36,612 nt of DNA, from NCBI GenBank assembly GCA_032718475.1, contig JAUCBJ010002975.1, positions 1 to 36,612 on the forward strand, read 5' to 3'. The stretch comes from Nemertoderma westbladi. Taxonomy: Eukaryota; Animalia; Xenacoelomorpha. Position 1 is the stretch's first letter; each line of letters starts with the position of its first letter. This document shows positions 24,489 through 33,507 of the stretch, one piece after another. Below the pieces are notes generated by a model, which worked only from the letters and a program-made list of their open reading frames with translations, was not told where the DNA came from and did no database searches. The position numbers were made by a program, and so were the translations under genes.

Positions 24489-25698
24489 CTTGTTGCTTCC
24501 GTTTGGAGGGAATAAAGGTCAACACGGCCTGGAGGCTCCCGTTGTAGACTAGCGCCTCCAGCGGAATAGCACCGCCGCCTCCGAGCATAGTCAGTTCCAC
24601 GGGAGACCCCAAGGGGCCACCGAGAAACGGTTGCCATGGAGCCCAGCGGATAACGATCTCCTTGGACGAGCGAGTCACCGAAATCTTGCGTTTTAATTTC
24701 TCGGCTTTTGGGAACTCGATTTTGTAAACTAATTCTACAACCACGGCCACATTGGGGTCGAGGGGTACGTTGGAGAGTTCCACCGTTCCGATATTTAATT
24801 TGCTATTATTCTCGTTGTCGATCTCGATTGGGTTTGACTCGCTTTTAGTAACGAGATGCCAACCGTTGTGCGCCGAGACACGCAGCTTACGACCTACTAC
24901 GATAATCTTACAATCCTCTCGGTTCAATAAACTTTTACTAACTAATAAACCGCTCATATCTTTGCAGAATTGCAACTCGAACTTTGATATATTCGGGTTG
25001 ACTTCGACTCGAATGTTATCGAGGTAAATTCGTGTAGCTTTCACGGATTCTACCTCCGAAGAAATATCCCTGTTCGGAGAGAGAGAATCGTTTTTACCAA
25101 TTAAAACGTTGGCGGGAAGTAACTGGGAGATTTTTAGTAGGTTTTTATGCGCGAATAAATTGTATATAATTTTACTATCTGTGAGAATATTTAAGTGTTT
25201 CGAAATTTCGGTGAGGTTCATAAGTGTTAGGGCTCTAGGATTGCCGTGGTATATATCCAAGGAGCGAGATGGGCGTGTTTTCTTTTTATGCGAAACATCG
25301 GAAATGTCTTCAGAGAAAGGGAACAGGAAGGTGAAACCCTCGCTGAGTAACACCTCGGCTTTGGCATCGCGAGAAACTAACTCGAAAACAAGGGCGATAT
25401 CTTTGGGGTTATCAACGGGGAAAGTATGGAAATTAATAGAATCGTTAAATTTCACAAAGTCCCCGTCGCTGCTCGCAGGTTTGAGTTTAGATTTCCATGA
25501 TTTTCCAAAGAAACTTTTGTATCGACTGTCATAAAGATGGATTTGGAGGCCGTAATGAGTGGCTTTCGTGGAATTTGGAACGCCAATCAACTCGGATAAG
25601 TGTAACGAAAACGGAACCGATAAATCGTTGGATGATGTTCGTTGTATCGGCGTTGATATGATCCCTTGTTTGTCACGGATAGAATTTAGAAACTCCAT
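24489..25698 (-). CDS. NPHP4: Nephrocystin-4, first coding exon
   Basis: ATG 25698 preceded by an in-frame stop; donor |gtgagt in phase 1; motifs LYDSRYKSFFGKSWKS, YHGNPRAL, RKLRVSAHNG, IRWAPWQP; the four exons sum to 4113 nt = 1370 aa plus stop. Confidence 0.88.
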
Positions 25699-26070
25699 TA
25701 TCTATTATATCTTTGAAAATATCGGGACTATGTTATCTATAATTATGTTCGATAATCAAAGGAAATCTGAATAAGTTACCGGTAGAATAACCTAATAAAT
25801 TAATATATACAGTACCGGTATATAGCATAGGAACCTGCCCGCTTATAGACTGATGTCCCGATTTTGCGATAAACTTATCGGCTATCGCCGAAATAGTCAA
25901 TAAAATAAGTACTGTGCAGCAATAACCACCTAACACTTTTGTTAGGGCCTACTTGTTAGCTCCTCAGGTTGGCTACATTGAAATGCCAACAAAACAGCAC
26001 AGCTACCAGGTAGGTTGCACACAGCATATCATATAATCATATATCAGACATTCTGCATATGTTTACTGAA

Positions 26071-26083
26071 GTTGCCTAGCAAC
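26071..26083. promoter_or_regulatory. RFX X-box upstream of NPHP4
   Basis: GTTGCCTAGCAAC fits GTNRCC(N0-3)RGYAAC, 373 bp upstream of the ATG of a ciliary transition-zone gene. Confidence 0.75.
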
Positions 26084-26596
26084 GATAATACTGTTATTAT
26101 ATAGAAGTTGATCATCACAAAAATTGGGAATATGACTCACTTGCGCCAAGGAAGGGCAGGATCTGGCCATGTGCGTGCCTGTGGGAATATTTCCTGTCAT
26201 CCCCAAATCTTTGAAAAATTTTTTTTGATATCTATCAAAGTTTGGGCCTATTTGATGACATCTGATCTGCAAACTGAGTTGAAATTAGGAAAAAAGTTTT
26301 TTTGGACTACCCTCCTGTAGCATGCCGATTGTGGATTGTATTTGGTGACACAATGTTGTTGTTAAGCCAGTTTAGCAATGTCAATGCGTAGCTATGCAAC
26401 GCAGCATGCTGATTATTATGCAGTATGATCATTATTTTGCTTACTTTGTATTAAATATACAGTATTATATATTTAATTTGTGTAGATTGTCTGTTTTTTT
26501 ACAAATCCCTCATCCGTCCTGGAACAACGACTACAAGGGATCCCACAACTGGATTGATTGGACCGACAACGATTTCTTCGCTGCAATTTCTCCAGA

Positions 26597-27030
26597 AGAG
26601 CTTGGAGGGGTCTTCTTGTCAGTAGCAATAGAGCTTGGAGGGGTCTTCTTGTCAGTAGCAATATAGCTTGGAGGGGTCTTCTTGTCAGTAGCAATAGAGC
26701 TTGGAGGGGTCTTCTTGTCAGTAGCAATATAGCTTGGAGGGGTCTTCTTGTCAGTAGCAATAAAGCTTGGAGGGGTCTTCTTGTCAGTAGCAATATAGCT
26801 TGGAGGGGTCTTCTTGTCAGTAGCAATATAGCTTGGAGGGGTCTTCTTGTCAGTAGCAATAGAGCTTGGAGGGGTCTTCTTGTCAGTAGCAATAGAGCTT
26901 GGAGGGGTCTTCTTGTCAGTAGCAATAGAGCTTGGAGGGGTCTTCTTGTCAGTAGCAATAGAGCTTGGAGGGGTCTTCTTGTCAGTAGCAATATACTGTA
27001 GCTTGGAGGGGTCTTCTTGTCAGTAGCAAT
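26597..27030. repeat. 33-bp tandem array, about 13 copies
   Basis: Unit AGAGCTTGGAGGGGTCTTCTTGTCAGTAGCAAT with AGAG/ATAG/AAAG variants; short insertion before the last copy. Confidence 0.97.
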
Positions 27031-27259
27031 TGATGTGATATTGATAAAAACATTGATGTGAAAATAGTGAGATGTGATCATGATCAACTATTTAATCTTG
27101 TTTTCTAGTTTAGCGCACAGAAGTAATATATTAACAATATTAACGATCACAAACAGTATCATTTAATTAATTAAATGTTATCAAATATAATGCAAAGTGA
27201 AATATTACTATTATCATTGAACAGCACATTGTCAATTCTCACATTATTATTTAATCTTT

Positions 27260-27781
27260 ATGTGGGGCGAGCCACGAAGTTGGCGGAGCCTTAGCGAATT
27301 GACACTGTTAGGGGGTGGGTCAATTTATGCAAATAGTTGTCGTCGTCGTCGTCGTCGTCGTTGTCGTCGTCGTCGTTGTCGTCGTCGTCGTTGTCGTCGT
27401 CGTTACGATTTTGACATGCTAATAACTTTGTCGGATTTAAAGCTGCCAAGTTGAAAATTTGTAGGTATCAATATGAGCAAAAGTTGAGATTTTTGAGAGA
27501 CTTTCAGACACCATCAGTGCAATGGTCTCCCGCTAGAGGGCCACATGTCTAAACATTAAATGCCCTCCCATTTCTTTGCTTTTAATCCGTTTAAGCTGAA
27601 ACTTGGCAGATATGTATTAGACCATTAGCTGTGACTTTCAAGGGAGGCGAATCCATCTGCAGTTCTCCAGTCTGCCGCTAGAGGGCCAACGTGACTATTT
27701 GCATAAATTGACCTACCCCCTAACAGTGTCAATTCGCTAAGGCTCTGTCAACTTCGTGCTGCGCGAAGTCCCCACTTCGTG
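27260..27781 (+). mobile_element. Non-autonomous element with 65-bp sub-terminal IR, (GTC)n microsatellite and 3' hairpin (HINE/Helentron-like or Crypton-like; unclassified)
   Basis: 27273-27337 is complementary to about 27694-27758; (GTC)n at 27339-27402; ends CTTCGTGCTGCGCGAAGTCCCCAC. Confidence 0.75.
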
Positions 27782-27859
27782 TTATGATATAGCAGGATTG
27801 TGGTTTAACATGAACTGACATTCCGCAAAGTATTAGCGACCATTGAAGGGTGTACTCTG

Positions 27860-27992
27860 GCTAGTCCCTTTAAAGCATTCATGTCGAAAAACTCCGTGGC
27901 CCCCTTTGCTAGCACGCTAGGATCGAACTCACGACATCTGAAGACAGATATGGATTCAAGACAACGGATTAGAGATTAGACCAACGACGGAG
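27860..27992 (-). mobile_element. SINE head related to the 17040 family
   Basis: Complement shows GTCGTGAGTTCGATCC (B box) followed by TTTTCGACATGAATGCTTTAAAGGGAC. Confidence 0.6.
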
Positions 27993-28210
27993 ATAAGAGA
28001 GTAGAGGACTAATAGCAATTGTTTAATATACTTGATATTTGTATAATCCATAATACATTAGATTGGTATGACCAATCCTAGGCAGCTAGCGGATTAAATC
28101 CGGTATGCGCTCCAATTACAAAATGATACAGGGACAACTGGATAAATAAAATAAAAATATATATAAATAAAAAATCATCCCTCTCCAGGGGATATTGGAC
28201 GCAAATAACA

Positions 28211-28383
28211 TCTGATTACTCTCAAAAATAAACTGTAACCTGTTCTATTGTGTTTAGATTATTGTTTTGGTTAAAATAACGTGCCACTGTAACCTGCTCC
28301 TTTCCCTAAATTGAGAATTTAACATTGAGGCGGATAGGATTTCGCCAGGATGGAATTTGCGACCAGTTCCCTTCTGTCTCAGC
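28211..28383 (-). repeat. Inverted copy of the 21485-21660 dispersed repeat
   Basis: Direct alignment by eye. Confidence 0.85.
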
Positions 28384-29016
28384 AACACATATTTGTCTAA
28401 CACAAATTACAAATTCAGATACAATAGCTCTACTGTACTAAGGTACAGATGCTATCATCAGCTCAAACATATATCTGATGTCGGAAATTTCAAGTAAAAT
28501 ATAATTCAACATTACTTTATTAGGTCACTAAGTAACTACATCTGAAAGATTCCTTCCTAGTTCATATTATATTAACAACATTTATTGTTTTGGTTAGAAT
28601 AACGTGTCACTGTAACCTCCTTTTTTTTTTTTTTTTTTTTTTTTTTTTCCCTGAGTAATTAATAATTTTACACTGAGCTACTGTATACATTAATTCACCG
28701 AGATGGATTTTCATCCACTTCCCACTACCCCCGTCTCAGCCTGTGCTGGGTGGGAATCTCTGCAATCAATAATTCTTATATAAATATCTTCAATTTATTT
28801 TTTCATATGGGCCACACTTTGGCATCGCAAATATAATTATTAACATCAAATTTGGCCCCTTTAACCTTTTTTTATACTGTAGGCCTACTCGAAAAATATA
28901 ATAATATAGCAAGGCTTTTAGTCAGAACTCGAAAATATGAGGAAGGATGTTATCGGGGGTTGAACCAGTGCTCTATTTTAATATTTTACGTTAATAAATG
29001 CAATGAGGTAGTATAT

Positions 29017-29317
29017 TATTGGGATCGGAAATAAATGAATACCAGCTGCATCAGTTTATTAATGGTCGACATACAGAACAGCATATCAAACAATAATAAG
29101 AACCAACAGACCAACGAACACACCCACCACCTTACAGCACATCAGTACAGCAGTACAGTAGGTACCGGTAACGGCTACTGTACCTACAGACCTAGAAGAT
29201 AGGAAAGACTGAATACCGGAATACCAGAAGAGGACCGGTAGGTAAAAGACCAGTAGGTTGGATCTAACCACCACCAAGCCAGGGTCTACTAGAGCCCTAA
29301 CAATACATAATCTAACA
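29017..29317 (-). repeat. 3' LTR (301 bp)
   Basis: No difference seen from 33508-33808; on the element strand it begins TGTTAG and ends CCCAATA. Confidence 0.97.
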
Positions 29318-29388
29318 TCTCCCCCAAGAACAATGTAGGAGACATTTGTACTGAAAAAAAAAAATCCAACCACCACCAATAGGTCAGT

Positions 29389-32300
29389 TCATTGAACTCC
29401 GAATCTTGCTGGTTGCTTGTGAGTTCTCGAACTGCGCCTGGGAAGATCATCAGCGAACTGTACCTGTTTTTGAGGCGTTATGTCACGAAGAGAAGAGTCA
29501 TCTGGGATGGAACGTAGATAACGACGATTTCTCCAATACACCCGACCATTGTCTAGTTCTATCCGGTAATCTCGCCTAGTACCACGGGAAAGGACGATAC
29601 CAGATTTGTTCCATAGTTTGGAATGTGCACTCTGGATGCAAACTCGGGAACCAATAGGAATCGGGGTTAAGTCGTGAGCATGATCATTATAATATGATTC
29701 AGTTGCTGAAGACGTTGAAGGACCAGGGATAGGGAATGAATCACCTGCCAGTGTGGACGAATGAGCTGGTATAGTGGAACGGAGGGATCTACCGAACAAC
29801 AGTTGAGCTGGAGACATACCATGTTCTTTAGGAGTATTTCTCCATTCCAGCAAACCACGAACAAAGCAAGTAGAGTTTAGATCTCCTTTGATATCTAACT
29901 TTTTTATCAATGATTTCATGGCCTTTACAGCCCCCTCTGCATGGCCATTAGACTGAGGATACTCAGGAGTAGAATACTCAGGGATGATATTCCATTCGGA
30001 TAAGAAATCATGATAACGTGCTGAATTAAATTGTGTACCACCATCAGAACAAAGGCGTTTTGGAATACCGAAATCTTTGAACCATCCTCGAAGAGCTGAA
30101 ATAACTTGAGAGCTGGAAGGATCGGCACGCCAAGAATGAACGCATGGCCACCCAGAATATCTATCGACATAAACCAGGTATGACCAGGTGCTGAAGTAGA
30201 AAAGATCAGCAGAGCAATCCTCCATTGGAAGACATGGATGAGGGTCGCTTTGGAGAGACTCTTTAGGTAAACTTGGTTGATAAAGTTGACACTGGGGACA
30301 ATAATTGACTATGTTTGTAATATCGCTATTGATACCAGGCCAGAATACAGTTTGCCTAGCTCTCCTCTTAGAACGTTCAATGCCCTGATGAGCATCATGA
30401 AGGTGCTTCAGGACATTCTTGTGGAGGGAAGATGGAATTACAATCCGGGAACCTAATAAAAGAAGATTATCTTCACAAGATAACTGATGTCGCACATTCC
30501 AGAATGGGCGTATGTGCACAGAACATTGTGTGGATGTTGAGGGAAATCCAGAAATAACAGCATCCACCAAAGCCATGTAAGAAATATCATCCTTTGCAGA
30601 TGATTGGATAGACTCAATATATGAATCCTTGAGATGACTTGGAGCATCAGAGACAACAATTGAGGTAGACACGTGACGAATGACTGCGGAAACATGGTCA
30701 TTGACATCTGTATCACAAAGAATATCCTCTGGAGTAGGATCCGAAACAGGGACACGGGAAAGTGCGTCTGGAATCGAATCGATATCGGAAGTGATATCGG
30801 AAGTGATATCGGAAGTGATATCAGTAGTGATATCAGAAGTGATATCGGAAATGATATCGGAAGTGATATCAGAAGTGATATCGGAAGTGATATCGGAAAT
30901 GATATCGGAAGTGATATCAGAAATGATATCGGAAGTGATATCAGAAGTGATATCGGAAGTGATATCGGAAGTGATATCAGAAGTGATATCGGAAGTGATA
31001 TCGGAAGTGATATCGGAAATGATATCGGAAGTGATATCAGAAGTGATATCGGAAGTGATATCGGAAGTGATATCGGAAATGATATCGGAAGTGATATCAG
31101 AAGTGATATTGGAAGTGATATCGGAAGTGATATCAGAAGTGATATCGGAAGTGATATCGGAAGTGATATCGGAAATGATATCGGAAGTGATATCAGAAGT
31201 GATATCGGAAGTGATATCGGAAGTGATATCAGAAGTGATATCGGAAGTGATATCGGAAGTGATATTGGAAGTGATATCGGAAGGATGAACCCAATCAGTT
31301 GGTTGGTTATCCAGAACTGGACAAATAATACCTTGTTCAACCATTTTCTCTAAGCAAGCTTTAGCCCAGTCTCTAATGGCTAAAGGAAGTTGCCTGGCTG
31401 TATGAATAGCATATGGTTGGGCATCATCTTTTAATGAAATGGTCATGGGTGGGCCATTCATTGGACGAAGTTTGTCATTTTGGTCAAAAACATCAGAATA
31501 AGCCTTTATGAGTTTCTGCTTAACAGTATCCCATTCTGAAGGCGAAGGTTCATCAGAAAGATGGAAGTCAACCTTGAATGATGTTGTTGGAATTGAGTTT
31601 TTAATACCAATAGGTGACATATTAGAAGAATTAGAAGAAGCAACAGACTGAATTTCTGCCACTGGTTTTGGATATGAACTTGAAATAATTCCTAGGTTTT
31701 GACAAGTATACCATGCCAAAAGAATTCCATCGACTTCTTCACAAATGCAGATAAGCTCATCAGTTGAATATTCACCATAGGAAATTGTGGTGTGGAGGAG
31801 ACCAATGCATGAAAGAAGACTACCATTAGCAGCAGAAAGATCATCATGGTCTGGTGGAAGTAAATTTTCTTTGTCAATAGAAAGGGCCTGAAGAAAATCT
31901 AAGCCGGCAACAGTGGCCTCAGCACCAGTATCTGGAGTTGCTTTGAGAGAACCGAATAAATGTCCTGTTGCGATATGACAGAAGTTCAGAAATACTTTCG
32001 GAGCTTGTCGATTATGGCTTCCAACCAAATTGAGGGTGATGCGGCTAATGGGTTTTGTCTTAGGTTTTGAAGATGAATTCGAATTATTTTGTTTAGACCG
32101 ACAAACATTGGCAAAGTGGCCTTCCTTGCCACAATAAGAACAATCTTTGTTCCTTGCTGGACAGTCAGCGCGTTTATGGTCTGTTTTACCACAACCATAA
32201 CAAACTATAGGGCCAGTAGTTGAAGAATTGTTTCTGGAATTGGATTTAGAAGAATTGTTGCGCCTGGAATTATATGGCTTTTTGTTGTGAAAACGAGATT

Positions 32301-33105
32301 GTAGAGAAGCTTGGTTGATTGAAGGGTTTTTTAAATCCTGAACTCCAGCTTGGGCTGATTCCTCAGACCTACAAAGATTTACAGCATCTTCAAGCGATGG
32401 AAATGGAGTCAATGCAAGAAGTTTAGATCTGGTGTCCTCGCAAGAAATACCAGACATAATTCGAGTAGTCAACCGCCGATCGAAACAATGACGACATAGA
32501 TCAGCATCTCGAGCAAGATCTTTAATAGCAACCAGGTAGCTATCAAAATTTTCACTTTGACGTTGTTTCCTATTATCAAACTGAACACAATCAAGGGCTA
32601 TATTCCGTTTACCACGAAAATAACTTTGAATACAATCTATTAACACCTGAACTGTTAAAGGATTATCATGTGTGTCAGGAGGAATGTCAATAACTTGTTC
32701 CAGTGTAGAGCGCATACCTATAGAAAGGTAACTCCTGAAAATACAGATTTGCCTATCCCTAGCCATTCTATCCATCTGAAATGCAGAATAATAATCTGCC
32801 CAAACCGACTTCCAAGTTTCAAATTTTGCTAAACTGAAATCCGGTTCTAAAGCAATTGGAGCTTTAATTTGAAGATTACGAGGGGTTGAGTCAGCCTGAT
32901 GAACTACAGGTTGATGTGGTTGACCAAGTAATTGTTGAAATTGATGGGCATTTTGGGCTTGGGATTGTGCTAAGGAATCAGCCAAATCGCGTTGTGATTT
33001 AACTAAAGCATGTAGAAGAGCTGAGGTGGGATCAGGATTACCACGACCAGCCAACTGTTCTCTTAAAACCTCCAGTTCGGTTTCGAGTTCAGCTTTAGTA
33101 GGCAT
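29389..33105 (-). CDS. Gag-protease-(ITSD)n-integrase polyprotein, 1238 aa
   Basis: Paired zinc knuckles CYGCGKTDHKRADC and CSYCGKEGHFANVC; protease DTGA; RT lead-in up to WVHP; RNase H tail IPDALSR; integrase HHCC (HDAHQG...CPQC) and DDE (ADLF, SDGG, SNGHAE); no YxDD. Confidence 0.93.
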   Translation of the reverse strand: MPTKAELETELEVLREQLAGRGNPDPTSALLHALVKSQRDLADSLAQSQAQNAHQFQQLLGQPHQPVVHQADSTPRNLQIKAPIALEPDFSLAKFETWKSVWADYYSAFQMDRMARDRQICIFRSYLSIGMRSTLEQVIDIPPDTHDNPLTVQVLIDCIQSYFRGKRNIALDCVQFDNRKQRQSENFDSYLVAIKDLARDADLCRHCFDRRLTTRIMSGISCEDTRSKLLALTPFPSLEDAVNLCRSEESAQAGVQDLKNPSINQASLQSRFHNKKPYNSRRNNSSKSNSRNNSSTTGPIVCYGCGKTDHKRADCPARNKDCSYCGKEGHFANVCRSKQNNSNSSSKPKTKPISRITLNLVGSHNRQAPKVFLNFCHIATGHLFGSLKATPDTGAEATVAGLDFLQALSIDKENLLPPDHDDLSAANGSLLSCIGLLHTTISYGEYSTDELICICEEVDGILLAWYTCQNLGIISSSYPKPVAEIQSVASSNSSNMSPIGIKNSIPTTSFKVDFHLSDEPSPSEWDTVKQKLIKAYSDVFDQNDKLRPMNGPPMTISLKDDAQPYAIHTARQLPLAIRDWAKACLEKMVEQGIICPVLDNQPTDWVHPSDITSNITSDITSDITSDITSDITSDITSDITSDIISDITSDITSDITSDITSDITSNITSDITSDIISDITSDITSDITSDITSDIISDITSDITSDITSDITSDITSDITSDITSDIISDITSDIISDITSDITSDITSDIISDITSDITTDITSDITSDITSDIDSIPDALSRVPVSDPTPEDILCDTDVNDHVSAVIRHVSTSIVVSDAPSHLKDSYIESIQSSAKDDISYMALVDAVISGFPSTSTQCSVHIRPFWNVRHQLSCEDNLLLLGSRIVIPSSLHKNVLKHLHDAHQGIERSKRRARQTVFWPGINSDITNIVNYCPQCQLYQPSLPKESLQSDPHPCLPMEDCSADLFYFSTWSYLVYVDRYSGWPCVHSWRADPSSSQVISALRGWFKDFGIPKRLCSDGGTQFNSARYHDFLSEWNIIPEYSTPEYPQSNGHAEGAVKAMKSLIKKLDIKGDLNSTCFVRGLLEWRNTPKEHGMSPAQLLFGRSLRSTIPAHSSTLAGDSFPIPGPSTSSATESYYNDHAHDLTPIPIGSRVCIQSAHSKLWNKSGIVLSRGTRRDYRIELDNGRVYWRNRRYLRSIPDDSSLRDITPQKQVQFADDLPRRSSRTHKQPARFGVQ
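30781..31283. repeat. 12-bp tandem array, about 42 copies, inside pol
   Basis: Unit GATATCGGAAGT with variants AGAAGT, GGAAAT and GATATT. Confidence 0.98.
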
Positions 33106-33489
33106 ATCTGACTGTTGAATATTAGAGAAATTTCAGGAAATTAAATATCCGAAAAAATTTTGCAAAATCCGAAAAGAAAAAATTTTGCAAAAATGTGCAA
33201 AACTTTTGCACGCAAATCAGCCAAAATCTGTAGTTATCGAATACTGGCAGACTGGAATACCGCCTGACTGCTGAATGTGAATTGAATAGGTACCGGTCTG
33301 CCGGTAGTTATAATTACAGATTTTGGCTGATTTGCGTGCAAAAGTTTTGCACATTTTTGCTAAACTGATGCAGCTGGTATTCATTTATTTCCGATCCCAA
33401 TATGGCGCAGTGATGTACTTGATGTTCCTACAACCCTATTCAAATGGTGGACATTCCAGCGCATTCAGCAGGTCAGATAATTCAATATT

Positions 33490-33507
33490 ATCCTACACAC
33501 TGCGCCA
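33490..33507 (-). other. Primer binding site, probably tRNA-Ser
   Basis: TGGCGCAGTGTGTAGGAT directly abuts the 5' LTR; its complement ATCCTACACACTGCGCCA resembles serine tRNA 3' ends. Confidence 0.8.

Noticed and set aside
16146-25774. Short ORFs overlapping NPHP4 exons in other frames or on the plus strand
   Set aside because: Shadow ORFs of GC-rich coding sequence with no recognisable motifs.
26473-27087. 204-aa and 147-aa repetitive ORFs
   Set aside because: Translations of the 33-bp array.
27260-27454. Protamine-like Arg/Cys-rich 64-aa ORF
   Set aside because: Translation of the (GTC)n microsatellite inside a repeat element.
29086-29379. Hydrophobic ORFs in both LTRs (also 33577-33840) as an env-like gene
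   Set aside because: Short, no ATG start, contained almost wholly within the LTR, and no env features.
30310-30335. Integrase NSDITN as the seed of the (SDIT)n repeat
   Set aside because: Codons differ (AGC GAT ATT ACA versus TCC GAT ATC ACT); the peptide match is probably coincidental.
30453-31353. (ISLP)n, (IGSD)n and (ISEV)n ORFs
   Set aside because: Alternate frames of the 12-bp array; only the ITSD frame connects to gag-pol.
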